The notes under the pieces are model-generated. The model did not search any database, was not told the DNA's origin, and was given only the letters and a program-made list of their open reading frames with translations. A DNA stretch of 51,277 nt from a virus (lineage: Duplodnaviria > Heunggongvirae > Uroviricota > Caudoviricetes), in IMG/VR virus record IMGVR_UViG_2851955134_000001. One strand, written 5' to 3'. Below, one piece after another: positions 31,712 to 41,295 of this stretch (its first letter is position 1; the number at the start of each line of letters is the position of its first letter). Made by a program: the position numbers and the translations under genes.

Positions 31712-32764
31712 TTATTTCCCCACCAGCTCGTTTATCTCTTTCACTGTCTGATTAAACCGCTCTGACTCAAGCTCAACACCTAAGGCCCGACGCCCCAGCG
31801 CCATTGCTGCTTTTATTGTGGAACCGGATCCCATAAAAAAATCAGCAACCAGATCACCTGGTCGACTACTGGCATTGATTATTTGCCTGAGCATATCCGC
31901 CGGTTTCTCACACGGATGTTTACCCGTGTAGAACTGAACGGGTTTATGCATCCAGACATCGGTATAAGGCACGGAGACTGATACGGAAAAATAGCGCCGG
32001 AGAGATTTAAACTCATCCAGCAATTCAGAATATTTGCGATTCAGTGAATCATAAGATGCCACCAGCTGGTGGTGTGGTTGTTCCAGTTGTTGTTCCTGAA
32101 ACTTCTCTGCCGCTATACGGGAAAACAGTGCCTGTAACTTCCGATAGTCAGCCTCATTCGGCAACTGCCACTGACTGGCACCAAACCAGTGGGAAACCAT
32201 ATTTTTCTTACCTGTGGCTTCGGCAATTTGTTTTGCCGTTATACCCAGTTCGGCACGAGCATCCCTGAAATACGAAATCAGCGGTGCCATTATGTGCTGT
32301 TTGAGTTCCCTTTCTTTTGCTGCATAGCCGTCACTTTTGCCGCGATATGGCCCCTGGTAATGTTCAGCAAACAGAACGCGCTCTGTGGCAGGAAAATATG
32401 CGCGCAGACTTTCTTTATTGCACCCGTTCCATCGTCCGGACGGCTTCGCCCAGATAATGTGGTTCAGCACATTAAAGCGTTCACGCATCATGATTTCGGT
32501 ATCAGATGCCAGACGATGACCGCAGAACAGGTAAAGGCTTCCGGCAGGTTTTAACACCCGCCAGAACTGCGCCAGACACTGATCCAGCCATTTCAGGTAA
32601 TCATCATCGCCCTTCCACTGGTTATCCCAGCCTTCGTGTTTCACTTTAAAGTATGGCGGGTCTGTGACAATCAGATCGACAGAGTTTTCCGGTAAGGTCT
32701 GGATAAATTCCAGGCAATCAGCGTTGATTAACTCACAACTGGATATTTTTACAGTATTAGCCAT
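31712..32764 (-). CDS. DNA methyltransferase (N6-adenine/N4-cytosine family, DPPY motif)
   Basis: DPPY at residues ~35-38 and a C-terminal FxGxG-type AdoMet motif (DFFMGSGST); 350 aa. Confidence 0.8.
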   Translation of the reverse strand: MANTVKISSCELINADCLEFIQTLPENSVDLIVTDPPYFKVKHEGWDNQWKGDDDYLKWLDQCLAQFWRVLKPAGSLYLFCGHRLASDTEIMMRERFNVLNHIIWAKPSGRWNGCNKESLRAYFPATERVLFAEHYQGPYRGKSDGYAAKERELKQHIMAPLISYFRDARAELGITAKQIAEATGKKNMVSHWFGASQWQLPNEADYRKLQALFSRIAAEKFQEQQLEQPHHQLVASYDSLNRKYSELLDEFKSLRRYFSVSVSVPYTDVWMHKPVQFYTGKHPCEKPADMLRQIINASSRPGDLVADFFMGSGSTIKAAMALGRRALGVELESERFNQTVKEINELVGK

Positions 32765-32914
32765 AGATCAATAAGCGCTTCTCTGATAGGCTCATACCGC
32801 TTTTGCGCAAAGCAGATGGGCCTGAGGTTTGCTTGTGACCCCAACGCATGAGCAGATGGCTGGCAGGTGCCGCTAACACCCACCAGCCGCCCATTACCAC
32901 AAATTAAAAAGCCT

Positions 32915-33136
32915 TCACTGCGGAAGGCGTCTGTAACAACCGAACTGATAATCTGCCAGGCCCGCCATAACAAGCTGGGTCAGTATTAACTGGCAGCATT
33001 CGCGTGAAAGGTAAGTATTCTGCGCAATCTCCCCGACGGTCGCCGGTTCGGTGACGCTTAATTCATTAAGCACCACTCTGGCGGTTTCTGTCATATCTTG
33101 CTGTTTTAGCATGTCTTTTTCCCTTCTGGTTAACAT
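32915..33136 (-). CDS. small winged-helix-like protein (start uncertain)
   Basis: 73 aa from the internal ATG at 33136 (the track ORF starts at a TTG); HTH-like TVGEIAQNTYLSRECCQLILTQL. Confidence 0.35.
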   Translation of the reverse strand: MLTRREKDMLKQQDMTETARVVLNELSVTEPATVGEIAQNTYLSRECCQLILTQLVMAGLADYQFGCYRRLPQ

Positions 33137-33233
33137 GACATACCAATAACTCTTGTCTAAAAAGCCAGCAAGCTGAAAGACCTGTATTCGCAACCACCAG
33201 CGCGTTTAACGTCCTGTGCTGTTTTTCGGACAC

Positions 33234-33258
33234 AAAAAAACCCGCACGGCGGCGGGTT
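33234..33258 (-). terminator. intrinsic terminator (tR'-like) downstream of the late promoter
   Basis: Minus-strand hairpin ACCCGC-CGCCGT-GCGGGT followed by seven T residues. Confidence 0.65.
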
Positions 33259-33305
33259 GTAAAAAATCTTTTAACGTCAGGTATAAAACGCCCATCGTTA
33301 GTGCG

Positions 33306-33333
33306 AATTTACCACAGATTCGGGAAAAATCAA
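33306..33333 (-). promoter_or_regulatory. candidate late promoter pR' (-35 TTGATT, 16-bp spacer, -10 TAAATT)
   Basis: Sigma70-like hexamers on the minus strand directly downstream of the Q-like gene and ~50 nt upstream of the terminator. Confidence 0.4.
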
Positions 33334-33338
33334 CAACA

Positions 33339-34160
33339 CTATCGCGTTACCCTCTTCAACTGCCGCTCCGCCCATGACTCTTCAATGTCAAACCGAACCA
33401 CCAGCGTATCGTAAAAACGCTTCACTGATTTTTTCCACGTATCAAGAGTGATAGCGCTCGTCACTTTGCATATGGCATTAAACGCCTCTGTTGACGGTAA
33501 TCTTTCATAGCCACGACCACCACAACGCTGGCAGTCTCTGATAACAGGCATACCACGTTTTACCGACTCTTCACGATGAATGGCGACACCACGCCCACGG
33601 CAATCATTACAGGCGGTGGAGACCTCACCCTTTCCCCCGCATTCAGGACAGGCAACTTTTACCACTTCCCGGACTTTTTTCCATTCTTCCCAGTAAGACG
33701 GATACACACCCTTTGTACACTTTGCCCATACCGGCGGTTTACCATCCGGATACTGGACCTTGTTTGTAAAAACTACGCTTTCAATAAATTTTTTCCCACC
33801 GCAACAAGGGCACTGTTTTTTACTCGCTGCACTACGGGCATAATCCTCAAAAGCGTACGAAGCCATAATGCGCATCACTGTCGGTTTTATTTCTGCCGGA
33901 AGTTTTCTCAACGCCGCCACGCGATCGCACCGACTGAGTGCATAATCTGCCAGTAATTCTGTTGCCCGCGTTCTGTCATTCATACTGATGCCCATTTTCC
34001 CCAGGAACGCAGAAAATCCCATCTCAGCCCGGTTTTGTGTCATACCCTGCGCAGCCATCACATCAGTGATGCTCAGCGCATCTTTTGACGTCGAGACGGA
34101 TGCATCAGTCAGGCCTGGCGATTTTGGGGAATAGTATTTCGGTAAATCTTCCAGTTTCAT
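33339..34160 (-). CDS. putative late antiterminator Q with DnaJ-like CxxCxGxG zinc-finger repeats
   Basis: Positioned between rusA and the pR'/tR' signals; contains CPCCGGKK, CPECGGKG, CNDCRGRG and CQRCGGRG motifs. Confidence 0.5.
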   Translation of the reverse strand: MKLEDLPKYYSPKSPGLTDASVSTSKDALSITDVMAAQGMTQNRAEMGFSAFLGKMGISMNDRTRATELLADYALSRCDRVAALRKLPAEIKPTVMRIMASYAFEDYARSAASKKQCPCCGGKKFIESVVFTNKVQYPDGKPPVWAKCTKGVYPSYWEEWKKVREVVKVACPECGGKGEVSTACNDCRGRGVAIHREESVKRGMPVIRDCQRCGGRGYERLPSTEAFNAICKVTSAITLDTWKKSVKRFYDTLVVRFDIEESWAERQLKRVTR

Positions 34161-34531
34161 TTTTGGACCTCCCCGTCATGCATTATTTCGTAAATCTTCA
34201 CGCCCAGCCGCCCACCAGGAACAGGCTGACCGCGCACAATATTGATTTCATCAAACTGCTCGTCGTCTATGAGAAGTCCGGCATGCGTCAGCGCATCCAG
34301 TGGTGCTTTCAGGATATTGTCCAGGTCACGACGGCGCTTATCCGGTGGCTCTGCAATAATCTTTATCGCCAGCCTTCCGGACAGGTTTAATTTCAGCCGC
34401 TGCTGGCGAACAATAAGTGCCACATCACGGCGATAACACTCACCGGCTTTTGATACAAAATATGTGCTGCCACGACGTCGCCAGTAGGTGTTCACCGTCG
34501 GCGGGTAAGGCAAAACAAACTCTATACGCAT
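34157..34531 (-). CDS. rusA: Holliday junction resolvase RusA
   Basis: 124 aa; RusA-like DKRRRDLDN region; nin-region position. Confidence 0.8.
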   Translation of the reverse strand: MRIEFVLPYPPTVNTYWRRRGSTYFVSKAGECYRRDVALIVRQQRLKLNLSGRLAIKIIAEPPDKRRRDLDNILKAPLDALTHAGLLIDDEQFDEINIVRGQPVPGGRLGVKIYEIMHDGEVQK

Positions 34532-34543
34532 CAGTAACCTCTT

Positions 34544-35590
34544 TTACCCGAGCACGCCGGTTGCAAAGGCGTGATCAAGAAAACGAAAAATTAAATCAAT
34601 CTGGGAACCATGCTTTTCTTCAAATGCCAGCGGATCAGCATGAAGTTCATTGTGATGCTCCCGGCACAGCGGTAGCGTAAAAATATCGTGGGATTTTGTT
34701 CCCATTCCGCCCTGACCATGACCAATCAGGTGATGGGGATCGTCGGCTGGCTTACCACAACACGCACACGGCTGTGTCTTTACCCAGCGCGTATATTTCT
34801 CATTTACCCAACGGCGACGTTTAGGTCGCTTCATGAAAGATTCAGGAGACTCCGGATCAACGGCAATGCTGACCACCGTCTTTTCCTGTGGTGGGTTTTG
34901 CTGGTGGGCGTGAGGCAGCGGCGCAAGATTTTTTGTGCGCTGCTTCAGTATGCTGGTGGCGGTCTGCTCTCCCGGTACGATGTCGCTTTCACGGTATACA
35001 GAGCGGATTTTTTCCGCACGCAACCCCAGCGAACGACGTAATACCGCTTCCGGTAGCGCGTCCGCCACCTGATTGCGGACCGCCCACCAGGATAATTCAG
35101 CCAGAGATAATTCACGCTCCTGCGTACCGCTTATTGCGTGACCGATGACGTCAATCATCCATGCTGACAGGTTTTGATGAGCAAGTTGCTCGAGTGATTC
35201 GGATGTCTGGTCACGCAGCTGGTTGTCGCAGTGCCAGCACAACACCATCGCGCCGGTACCGTAACGATGTATGACGATTTCACTGTGATGATAGTCACCA
35301 TGAGGCCACTGGCAGGATTTGACATGACGCAACAGCCAGTCAGACAGTGCCCCAGCGCCGCCAACAGCACGAATCACCCGATCATCGCTGAAAAATGGCA
35401 GTAATGATTTATCCTCCGCCAGCGGCTGGCGAACGGCAGGGACGACTCCGGATGGCAGGCCGCACATACTTTTCGGTTCCGGCTCCACCAGCACTCGAGG
35501 ATTGTGAAATACCGGCATGGATTCACGACCGGGCTTAAGGACCACCAGCCCGAGTTCCGGTACCAGAACAGGTCGAAGTAATACCCGCAC
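34544..35590 (-). CDS. DUF968-like nin-region protein with C-terminal HNH-like motif
   Basis: GTG start with GGAGGT RBS; C-terminal CACCGKPADDPHHLIGHG...LCREHHNELH. Confidence 0.55.
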   Translation of the reverse strand: MRVLLRPVLVPELGLVVLKPGRESMPVFHNPRVLVEPEPKSMCGLPSGVVPAVRQPLAEDKSLLPFFSDDRVIRAVGGAGALSDWLLRHVKSCQWPHGDYHHSEIVIHRYGTGAMVLCWHCDNQLRDQTSESLEQLAHQNLSAWMIDVIGHAISGTQERELSLAELSWWAVRNQVADALPEAVLRRSLGLRAEKIRSVYRESDIVPGEQTATSILKQRTKNLAPLPHAHQQNPPQEKTVVSIAVDPESPESFMKRPKRRRWVNEKYTRWVKTQPCACCGKPADDPHHLIGHGQGGMGTKSHDIFTLPLCREHHNELHADPLAFEEKHGSQIDLIFRFLDHAFATGVLG

Positions 35591-35591
35591 G

Positions 35592-35864
35592 TTACCTCCA
35601 GATCCGTTGCTGGAATGTGCGAGACGGACGCGGTGGGCGTTCGGAGTAAGGAAGCCTGACGGAGATTATCCAGTGACGATAATCGAGGCTGAGGGCTTTC
35701 TTAATCTCGTATCCGTGTCTGCGGTAACACTGAATCAGCCATTCGGCCTGTTCTTCAGTGCATGGAGGGTGTTGGTACCAGTCGGTTTTAAATACGCGAG
35801 AACGCCGCCCATGCCTGCTGGCACGAACGGCATCAGAATTGTGATTTTTGGTATTGTGCGCCAT
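35592..35864 (-). CDS. hypothetical nin-region protein
   Basis: ATG at 35864 (the track ORF begins at an upstream TTG); 90 aa. Confidence 0.4.
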   Translation of the reverse strand: MAHNTKNHNSDAVRASRHGRRSRVFKTDWYQHPPCTEEQAEWLIQCYRRHGYEIKKALSLDYRHWIISVRLPYSERPPRPSRTFQQRIWR

Positions 35865-36056
35865 TTGTTTTCTCTGCTGGCGCAGCAGGTGCCAGTTGTT
35901 CAGGCTAGCGTGCAGATTGTAAACCAGAATTCCCGGAAAAAACAAAACTCGCTGAGGCTGGTATGTTAATCATCACAGTCATGTTTGATGGGGTTAGCTC
36001 ACATTGGGTGAGGGTTCACGGCGTTTTCACTAATAATTTACCCTCCCCGCTATACA

Positions 36057-36449
36057 CTACTGCCCAGTTCTAACGAAGTTTTTGAAGGAAACAACTGCCT
36101 GATAGAGGTTTGGTTGACAGCCAAACATATTATCGCAAAAAGGCTGGATGAAAATTCTTGAGGATCCATCTTCATTTGGCATTTTACTCACTTGATAAGC
36201 GAGGAGTGGACTATTTGGTGAGGGGTTATAAGTGGAGATTAGCGTGTCTGTCGCCGTTTGAATTTTCCATGCGGAATTATTAGCCAACCAGAATTGCGCG
36301 CGTTTCCAATAAAAGTCACATTGCTTTTCATCTTTACATGTTAGTGGCTTCATTGCTTCTGCTTTCAACGCAGGATCGACCTTTGCTGCACACCCTCCCA
36401 ACATTACTGTTGCAATCATTACACCTGCAACTAAAACAAGTTTCTTCAT
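36057..36449 (-). CDS. lipoprotein of unknown function (moron)
   Basis: Signal peptide with lipobox LGGC; ATG at 36449 with AGGGAG RBS. Confidence 0.6.
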   Translation of the reverse strand: MKKLVLVAGVMIATVMLGGCAAKVDPALKAEAMKPLTCKDEKQCDFYWKRAQFWLANNSAWKIQTATDTLISTYNPSPNSPLLAYQVSKMPNEDGSSRIFIQPFCDNMFGCQPNLYQAVVSFKNFVRTGQ

Positions 36450-36592
36450 CTCCCTGCCCCCATCAGTAAAAGTTCGGTTCTCTGATAACTAGAGTTAATC
36501 AACGGAAAAACGCCGAAGCGGGTTAAGTGTGGGTGCATTGAGGATGCCTGACACATCAGAGGTGGCGAGGGATTTCTCCCCCGCCTGGTCTC

Positions 36593-36748
36593 TTACTCCT
36601 CAGGTTCGTAAGCTGTGAAGACAGCGACCTCCGTCTGGCCGGTTCGGATTCGTACCTCGCAGAGGTCTTTCCTCGTTACCAGTGCCGTCACTATGACGGT
36701 TAAACAGATGACGATCAGGGCGATTAACATCGCCTTTTGCTGCTTCAT
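36593..36748 (-). CDS. hok: Hok/Gef-family type I toxin
   Basis: 51-aa MKQQKAMLIALIVICLTVIVTALVTRKDLCEVRIRTGQTEVAVFTAYEPEE recognised as Hok family. Confidence 0.85.
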   Translation of the reverse strand: MKQQKAMLIALIVICLTVIVTALVTRKDLCEVRIRTGQTEVAVFTAYEPEE

Positions 36749-36984
36749 AGCCTGCTTCTCCTTGCCTTTCGGCGCGTAAGAGGCTAACCTACGTTTGTGA
36801 AGCATAGATTGGGCCTCAGATTAATGTTAAGCGTCTTGCAGGACGCGTAATGTTAACTGGGGCTTTTATCTATCTGCCGTTGGTGTTCATGCCCGAGGCA
36901 GATAGCCTCAAGCACCCGCAGCAATTCTACTTAACTCACGTCACCTCGCCAATATAAAATCAATCAGAAAGGTGCCCCATAAAA

Positions 36985-37650
36985 TCACTCCTTCTCTTCT
37001 TTACCGTAGTGGAGTTGGCCAATTTTTATAAGAGGGCGTCCCTGAGATTTGCGGTGTAGATTGGTATCGCGCAGAGAATACACACAGCCACAATATTCCT
37101 GCTGATAGAATTTTTCGCGCTTGCTGATTTCAATCATACGGGACGAGCCGCCCTGCTTGCGCCAGTTATAATCCCAGTACACCATACCCGGATAATGCGC
37201 AACAGCTCGCCGCCCACACTCGTTAACCTGCTGCATATTTTTCCAGCGTGAAATGCCCAGTGAACTGCTGATCACACTGAAACCATTTTCAGCAGCGTAT
37301 AACGCTGTCCGCTCAAAACGCATGTCAAAACACATGGTACAACGGATCCCCCTCTCAGGCTCCCATTCCATTCCTTTGGCACGTTCAAACCAGTTGTCGG
37401 TGTCGTAATCAGCATCGATAAACGGCACGCCGTGTTGTTCAGCAAAGCGAATATTTTCATCCTTACGAATTAAATACTCTTTCTGAGGATGAATGTTCGG
37501 GTTGTAGAAAAAGATGGTGTAGTCGATTCCCGAGGCCTGAAGCGCCTCCATCACTTCACCGGAACATGGAGCACAGCAAGAGTGCAGTAGTAGTTTGTTT
37601 GCCCCGTTCGGGAGCTCCAATTTAGGCCGTTTGAAATCAGCAATAGTCAT
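36985..37650 (-). CDS. QueH-like (DUF208) putative epoxyqueuosine reductase
   Basis: [11 protein letters not shown] motif near the N-terminus plus downstream RCTMC and EYCGCVYS cysteine motifs, recalled as DUF208/QueH signatures. Confidence 0.6.
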   Translation of the reverse strand: MTIADFKRPKLELPNGANKLLLHSCCAPCSGEVMEALQASGIDYTIFFYNPNIHPQKEYLIRKDENIRFAEQHGVPFIDADYDTDNWFERAKGMEWEPERGIRCTMCFDMRFERTALYAAENGFSVISSSLGISRWKNMQQVNECGRRAVAHYPGMVYWDYNWRKQGGSSRMIEISKREKFYQQEYCGCVYSLRDTNLHRKSQGRPLIKIGQLHYGKEEKE

Positions 37651-37825
37651 AAATATTTTTATTGGGGGTCATGAAAATAGCACAGAGTGTAGCATCAGAG
37701 CAGGGCTATCGGGAATATATGTCTAAATCTGGTAATATCTGGTTTTGACGCAAAGCGGACAACCACACTAGCTCTACCCTGCGCCATGAAAATGTCAATT
37801 CACATCTGAACTAATGCTCTTTAAT

Positions 37826-38251
37826 CTAGTAAAGTCTAAAATACCTAACATTTCCTTGATAAAATGCCAGTACACGCTGCATAGCTTCGCTCTTCCGGCA
37901 CTCGCGACAGATTATATTCAGGCGCCTGTCGTAGCGGCGTATTTCTCCGTCTGGTAATGACCGGATAAGGTCAGGATCAACCACAGATGGTTTTTTCACC
38001 TTTGCCCTAGATGGTTTTTTGCGGGCATTTTGCCAGTCCTTACGAGCCTGTTCAGACGGGAATAACCCGTAACCAGAGTTGTATACATCGCCACTGGCAA
38101 CCAGCTCTCTGGCAAGAACGCTCAGCAGATATCTTGTCGCACCTGTTTTCGCTTCCAGTTGTCGTAACGTCTCGCGCCCACTCCGGCGAACCAGCTCAAC
38201 AACCTGCCCTTTAATTTTTTCCCGCTCTTCTTGTGTAAATACTTTTGCCAT
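37826..38251 (-). CDS. hypothetical phage protein
   Basis: ATG at 38251 with GGAGG RBS; 141 aa. Confidence 0.45.
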   Translation of the reverse strand: MAKVFTQEEREKIKGQVVELVRRSGRETLRQLEAKTGATRYLLSVLARELVASGDVYNSGYGLFPSEQARKDWQNARKKPSRAKVKKPSVVDPDLIRSLPDGEIRRYDRRLNIICRECRKSEAMQRVLAFYQGNVRYFRLY

Positions 38252-38266
38252 AAGCGCCTCCGACAA

Positions 38267-39037
38267 TCACTTTTCCGGTGCAACGTGGCGGGAAGAATCG
38301 ACAATCTGTCGGACAATATCCCGGTGCTTGTTCAGTTCCCGCAGCGCGGCGCAGAGTCGCTCCCACTTCCGGACATGATTTTTCGCCCGACGCAGTTCGC
38401 GGTTTGCCATATGCAGCGATGGTAAAACCAGGTCATCCGCTCGCGTTTCAGTAAACGATGGCAACGATTGCACAATATCAGCCACAGTTTCTGTTTTAAT
38501 ATCTTCCTGTGTTGCAGCTTCCTGTACTGGTAACGCAACACCTGCTGGCTGAGGAAAGGCTTTACCATCAGTTTCCGCTACCGATGCAGACTCCGGCCCT
38601 GCCGGTAAGTTGTCGTCCGGCAGGAAGTAACGAAATTTACCGTTCCGATTAACGCGTGCCAGCCGCCCCGTTGCGGTTACTACCGCCAGTGTGGAAGCAA
38701 CCTTGCGAGTGCTGACACCGAACTTACCCGCCAGTTCCTCACACGTTTTAGCCCCCTCCTGACTGATAAACTCAATCATCATGTCTGCGGTAACTTTTTG
38801 TTCGACCTCCCCGGTCAGCATATCCTGTGCTTCAGATTTTACTGGTCGCTCTTCGGTTACCCGGGATTCACCTTCGCCAGCCAGAAACCAGGTGTGACCA
38901 GTTTTATCAACGACGCCATTTCTTTTGAGTTCCCACAGCTCGTTCAGCACTTCTTCACGACTGATATCAAGTCGCGTAGCCAGTTCTACCGATGTGGCTT
39001 TTCCCATCGCTTTCAGTGCGTCAAAAACAGTCTCCAT
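38267..39037 (-). CDS. hypothetical phage protein with N-terminal winged-helix-like domain
   Basis: ATG at 39037 with GGGAGG RBS; 256 aa. Confidence 0.45.
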   Translation of the reverse strand: METVFDALKAMGKATSVELATRLDISREEVLNELWELKRNGVVDKTGHTWFLAGEGESRVTEERPVKSEAQDMLTGEVEQKVTADMMIEFISQEGAKTCEELAGKFGVSTRKVASTLAVVTATGRLARVNRNGKFRYFLPDDNLPAGPESASVAETDGKAFPQPAGVALPVQEAATQEDIKTETVADIVQSLPSFTETRADDLVLPSLHMANRELRRAKNHVRKWERLCAALRELNKHRDIVRQIVDSSRHVAPEK

Positions 39038-39069
39038 AAATTTCCTCCCGGTAAAAATTACTTCTCAAC

Positions 39070-39735
39070 TCAGACAAAACCAGCCGCTTTCCGGCGTTCA
39101 TATTCCTGTTTCAGCAACTCAATTGGCGTTGGTCCCGCAGGACGTTTGGGTGCTGCCAGTTGTCGCCGGACAGGCGGAACACTCAGGCCGTTGCTAACAT
39201 GCTTTGCCCATTTCGTCAGCTGCCGTTCTGCAAGCCGTTTTAACTCCCCTTCGGTCATCTGGCGTTCAATCCCCTTTGAACGCATCTCGAGGCATATGTG
39301 ATACAGCACAGGCTGAGACCACGGGTATTTATCGCTTCCGTCGTATCGCCAGGACTCATTGCGCCAGCGTCGGTACTCCTCCATCACAGCCCCCACCGTC
39401 AGACCGAATGGATTGGCCCCGCTTTCCGGAATCAGTGCCACAAACTCAGCCAGGTCAGGAGGCCATGTTTCACCCGCCCGGCAGCGGTCCATGCACTGGC
39501 GGCAGACCTGCCGGATTTGCTGCTCAGTCATCGCGCCAATCTGTGCAATCCAGAGCTTCGAAGGTGCGGCCCCGTTCTTCCGGGTCCAGCGGTCCGAATA
39601 AACCTCCCCCATGAGTTCCCACAGCTTCCAGGCTGTTTCCGTCGCTGATAAATCCGTTTTCACGTTCCCACTGCTCACGTGCTGCCCGAATTTCCTGAAC
39701 TGCCCGTGATGCGGTGCCACCTGGTGCTGCTGCAT
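39070..39735 (-). CDS. replication protein P-like (helicase loader)
   Basis: C-terminal half resembles recalled lambda gpP (…YPWSQPVLYHICLEM…); ATG at 39735 with AAGGGGG RBS; overlaps the upstream gene by ~210 nt. Confidence 0.65.
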   Translation of the reverse strand: MQQHQVAPHHGQFRKFGQHVSSGNVKTDLSATETAWKLWELMGEVYSDRWTRKNGAAPSKLWIAQIGAMTEQQIRQVCRQCMDRCRAGETWPPDLAEFVALIPESGANPFGLTVGAVMEEYRRWRNESWRYDGSDKYPWSQPVLYHICLEMRSKGIERQMTEGELKRLAERQLTKWAKHVSNGLSVPPVRRQLAAPKRPAGPTPIELLKQEYERRKAAGFV

Positions 39736-40534
39736 GGTTCACCCCCTTGCTGACTGGTTTAACCTGCGCCCTGACGTGATTTACGTGACGGGCGAATTTC
39801 TGCTCCCACTGAACCTGTGTGAACACTTTCCCCTCCGCCATCCAGTAATCCCGGAAGGCGGCAAGTTCAGCAGGTGTAAATTCCGGTTCCGGCAAAGCCG
39901 CTCCCCACAACGCAGCCCGTCGTCGAAAATCCAGCGACGGATGCCAGCCATCGGCCATCGGAAATTTCCCGATGGGTTCACTCAGGCCATCCGGAAATTC
40001 AGGTTCCGCCACCTGCAACGGCGTACCGTTCGGTTCACTGGTCGGAGCACTCTCGCGCACGCGCGCGTTATGTGTGGGGTTTAATTCTTTATCTGTATCT
40101 TTATTAGTTGCCTTTGTGTTTGCGTTATGTTCAAACACCACACCAACATTTGTTTGAACACCTGTTAAATCTCTCTCTTGTTTTGTTTGAACATCTGCTT
40201 CCTTTCTGCTTCTTCTGGCCTGAACAGATGCTTTTCCGGCGGCTGATTTTTTGGTTAATTTTTCCCTGACTGATGCCAGATCTTCCTCAATCCGAAGATG
40301 CACCCATTCATCGCCGTTATCGTGAAAAAACTCCCGCAAGGATGGCTCCACATCAGCCCATCGCTCATTAGTCAGACGGGCAATTTTTGCCAGCCTGTTT
40401 TTAGGTATTGGCTTTCCTGTTTGCCAGTAATTGAACATCAGCAACAAATATGCACCGTGCTCCTCTGCTGATAAATGCATGGTGTCAGCCAGGTAATCAG
40501 CGATGTACAGTTGCATGTATGGTAATGCGGCCAT
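39524..40534 (-). CDS. replication initiation protein (DUF1376 / YdaU-like, O analogue)
   Basis: N-terminus MAALPYMQLYIADYLADTMHLSAEEHGAYLLL typical of DUF1376 phage replication proteins. Confidence 0.65.
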   Translation of the reverse strand: MAALPYMQLYIADYLADTMHLSAEEHGAYLLLMFNYWQTGKPIPKNRLAKIARLTNERWADVEPSLREFFHDNGDEWVHLRIEEDLASVREKLTKKSAAGKASVQARRSRKEADVQTKQERDLTGVQTNVGVVFEHNANTKATNKDTDKELNPTHNARVRESAPTSEPNGTPLQVAEPEFPDGLSEPIGKFPMADGWHPSLDFRRRAALWGAALPEPEFTPAELAAFRDYWMAEGKVFTQVQWEQKFARHVNHVRAQVKPVSKGVNHAAAPGGTASRAVQEIRAAREQWERENGFISDGNSLEAVGTHGGGLFGPLDPEERGRTFEALDCTDWRDD

Positions 40535-40604
40535 AATTGCCTCTTCTGATACCGAATTCCTTAATCACGTACTACCGAAAGCGATCCGGTATAACTATTG
40601 CCAG

Positions 40605-41030
40605 TCAGTGCATCACCGCAGCATTACCCGCCGGGCCACCACGATTCATCTGATTGAAACCGGCGATTGCCACTGCGATAAAATCATCCGCGTCTCTCAC
40701 CAGCCGTTCTCGTGTCTCCAGCAGCTCCCTGAAATAGGCTGAGCTGTGGCTACGCATTCTGGCCACCAGCAAAGGCGGCATTGCCTTTTCGATCGCTGGT
40801 AGTAACGCCTGAATTTTTTCAACCGCATCAGGGGTGTCTTTCTCCACCCAGCGGAAAATTTTCTGGGTATTACGGGCCAGGGCTTCCGGATGGCTGTCGT
40901 CGTACAGCTCAGGAAACGTCATGCCCAGCTCGAAATAAACCCTGGTTATCTCGGCTGCCGGAACTTTTTCACCATCCGGACGCGACCAGGCATTCATCGC
41001 CATGCGGATGTGTTCATGCTTGATTTTCAT
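40605..41030 (-). CDS. YdaT-like protein (cII-position regulator of Rac-type phages)
   Basis: Starts MKIKHEHI... like recalled Rac YdaT; follows the cro-like gene. Confidence 0.6.
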   Translation of the reverse strand: MKIKHEHIRMAMNAWSRPDGEKVPAAEITRVYFELGMTFPELYDDSHPEALARNTQKIFRWVEKDTPDAVEKIQALLPAIEKAMPPLLVARMRSHSSAYFRELLETRERLVRDADDFIAVAIAGFNQMNRGGPAGNAAVMH

Positions 41031-41295
41031 GAATCAAGCTCCTAGTAAGTGGTTGTGTTAACGTTTTGGTATCTTCCAGCTCGGGCCAAATATTCATCCA
41101 ATCAAAAGGCCTTAGTTGCTGACGTGTAACTTCACCATTACTGGCTCGCTCAATAAGGACACATAACGATGCCCCTAACATTTGACCTTTACTCAATGCC
41201 TTTCTTAGATAACCGATGCTAGTACCACACTCACATGCAAACATACGCTGTTCATCTGACGAAAGAGAATTGAGAAATATTCTTAATTCTTCCAT
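41014..41295 (-). CDS. Cro-like HTH regulator (YdaS family)
   Basis: Divergent from the repressor gene; AAGGAG RBS; HTH-like region. Confidence 0.6.
   Translation of the reverse strand: MEELRIFLNSLSSDEQRMFACECGTSIGYLRKALSKGQMLGASLCVLIERASNGEVTRQQLRPFDWMNIWPELEDTKTLTQPLTRSLIHENQA

Noticed and set aside
36749-36805. In-frame N-terminal extension of hok (70-aa ORF) as a possible Mok-like reading frame
   Set aside because: Classical mok overlaps hok in a different frame; this same-frame extension is more likely the untranslated leader, so only the 51-aa Hok was called
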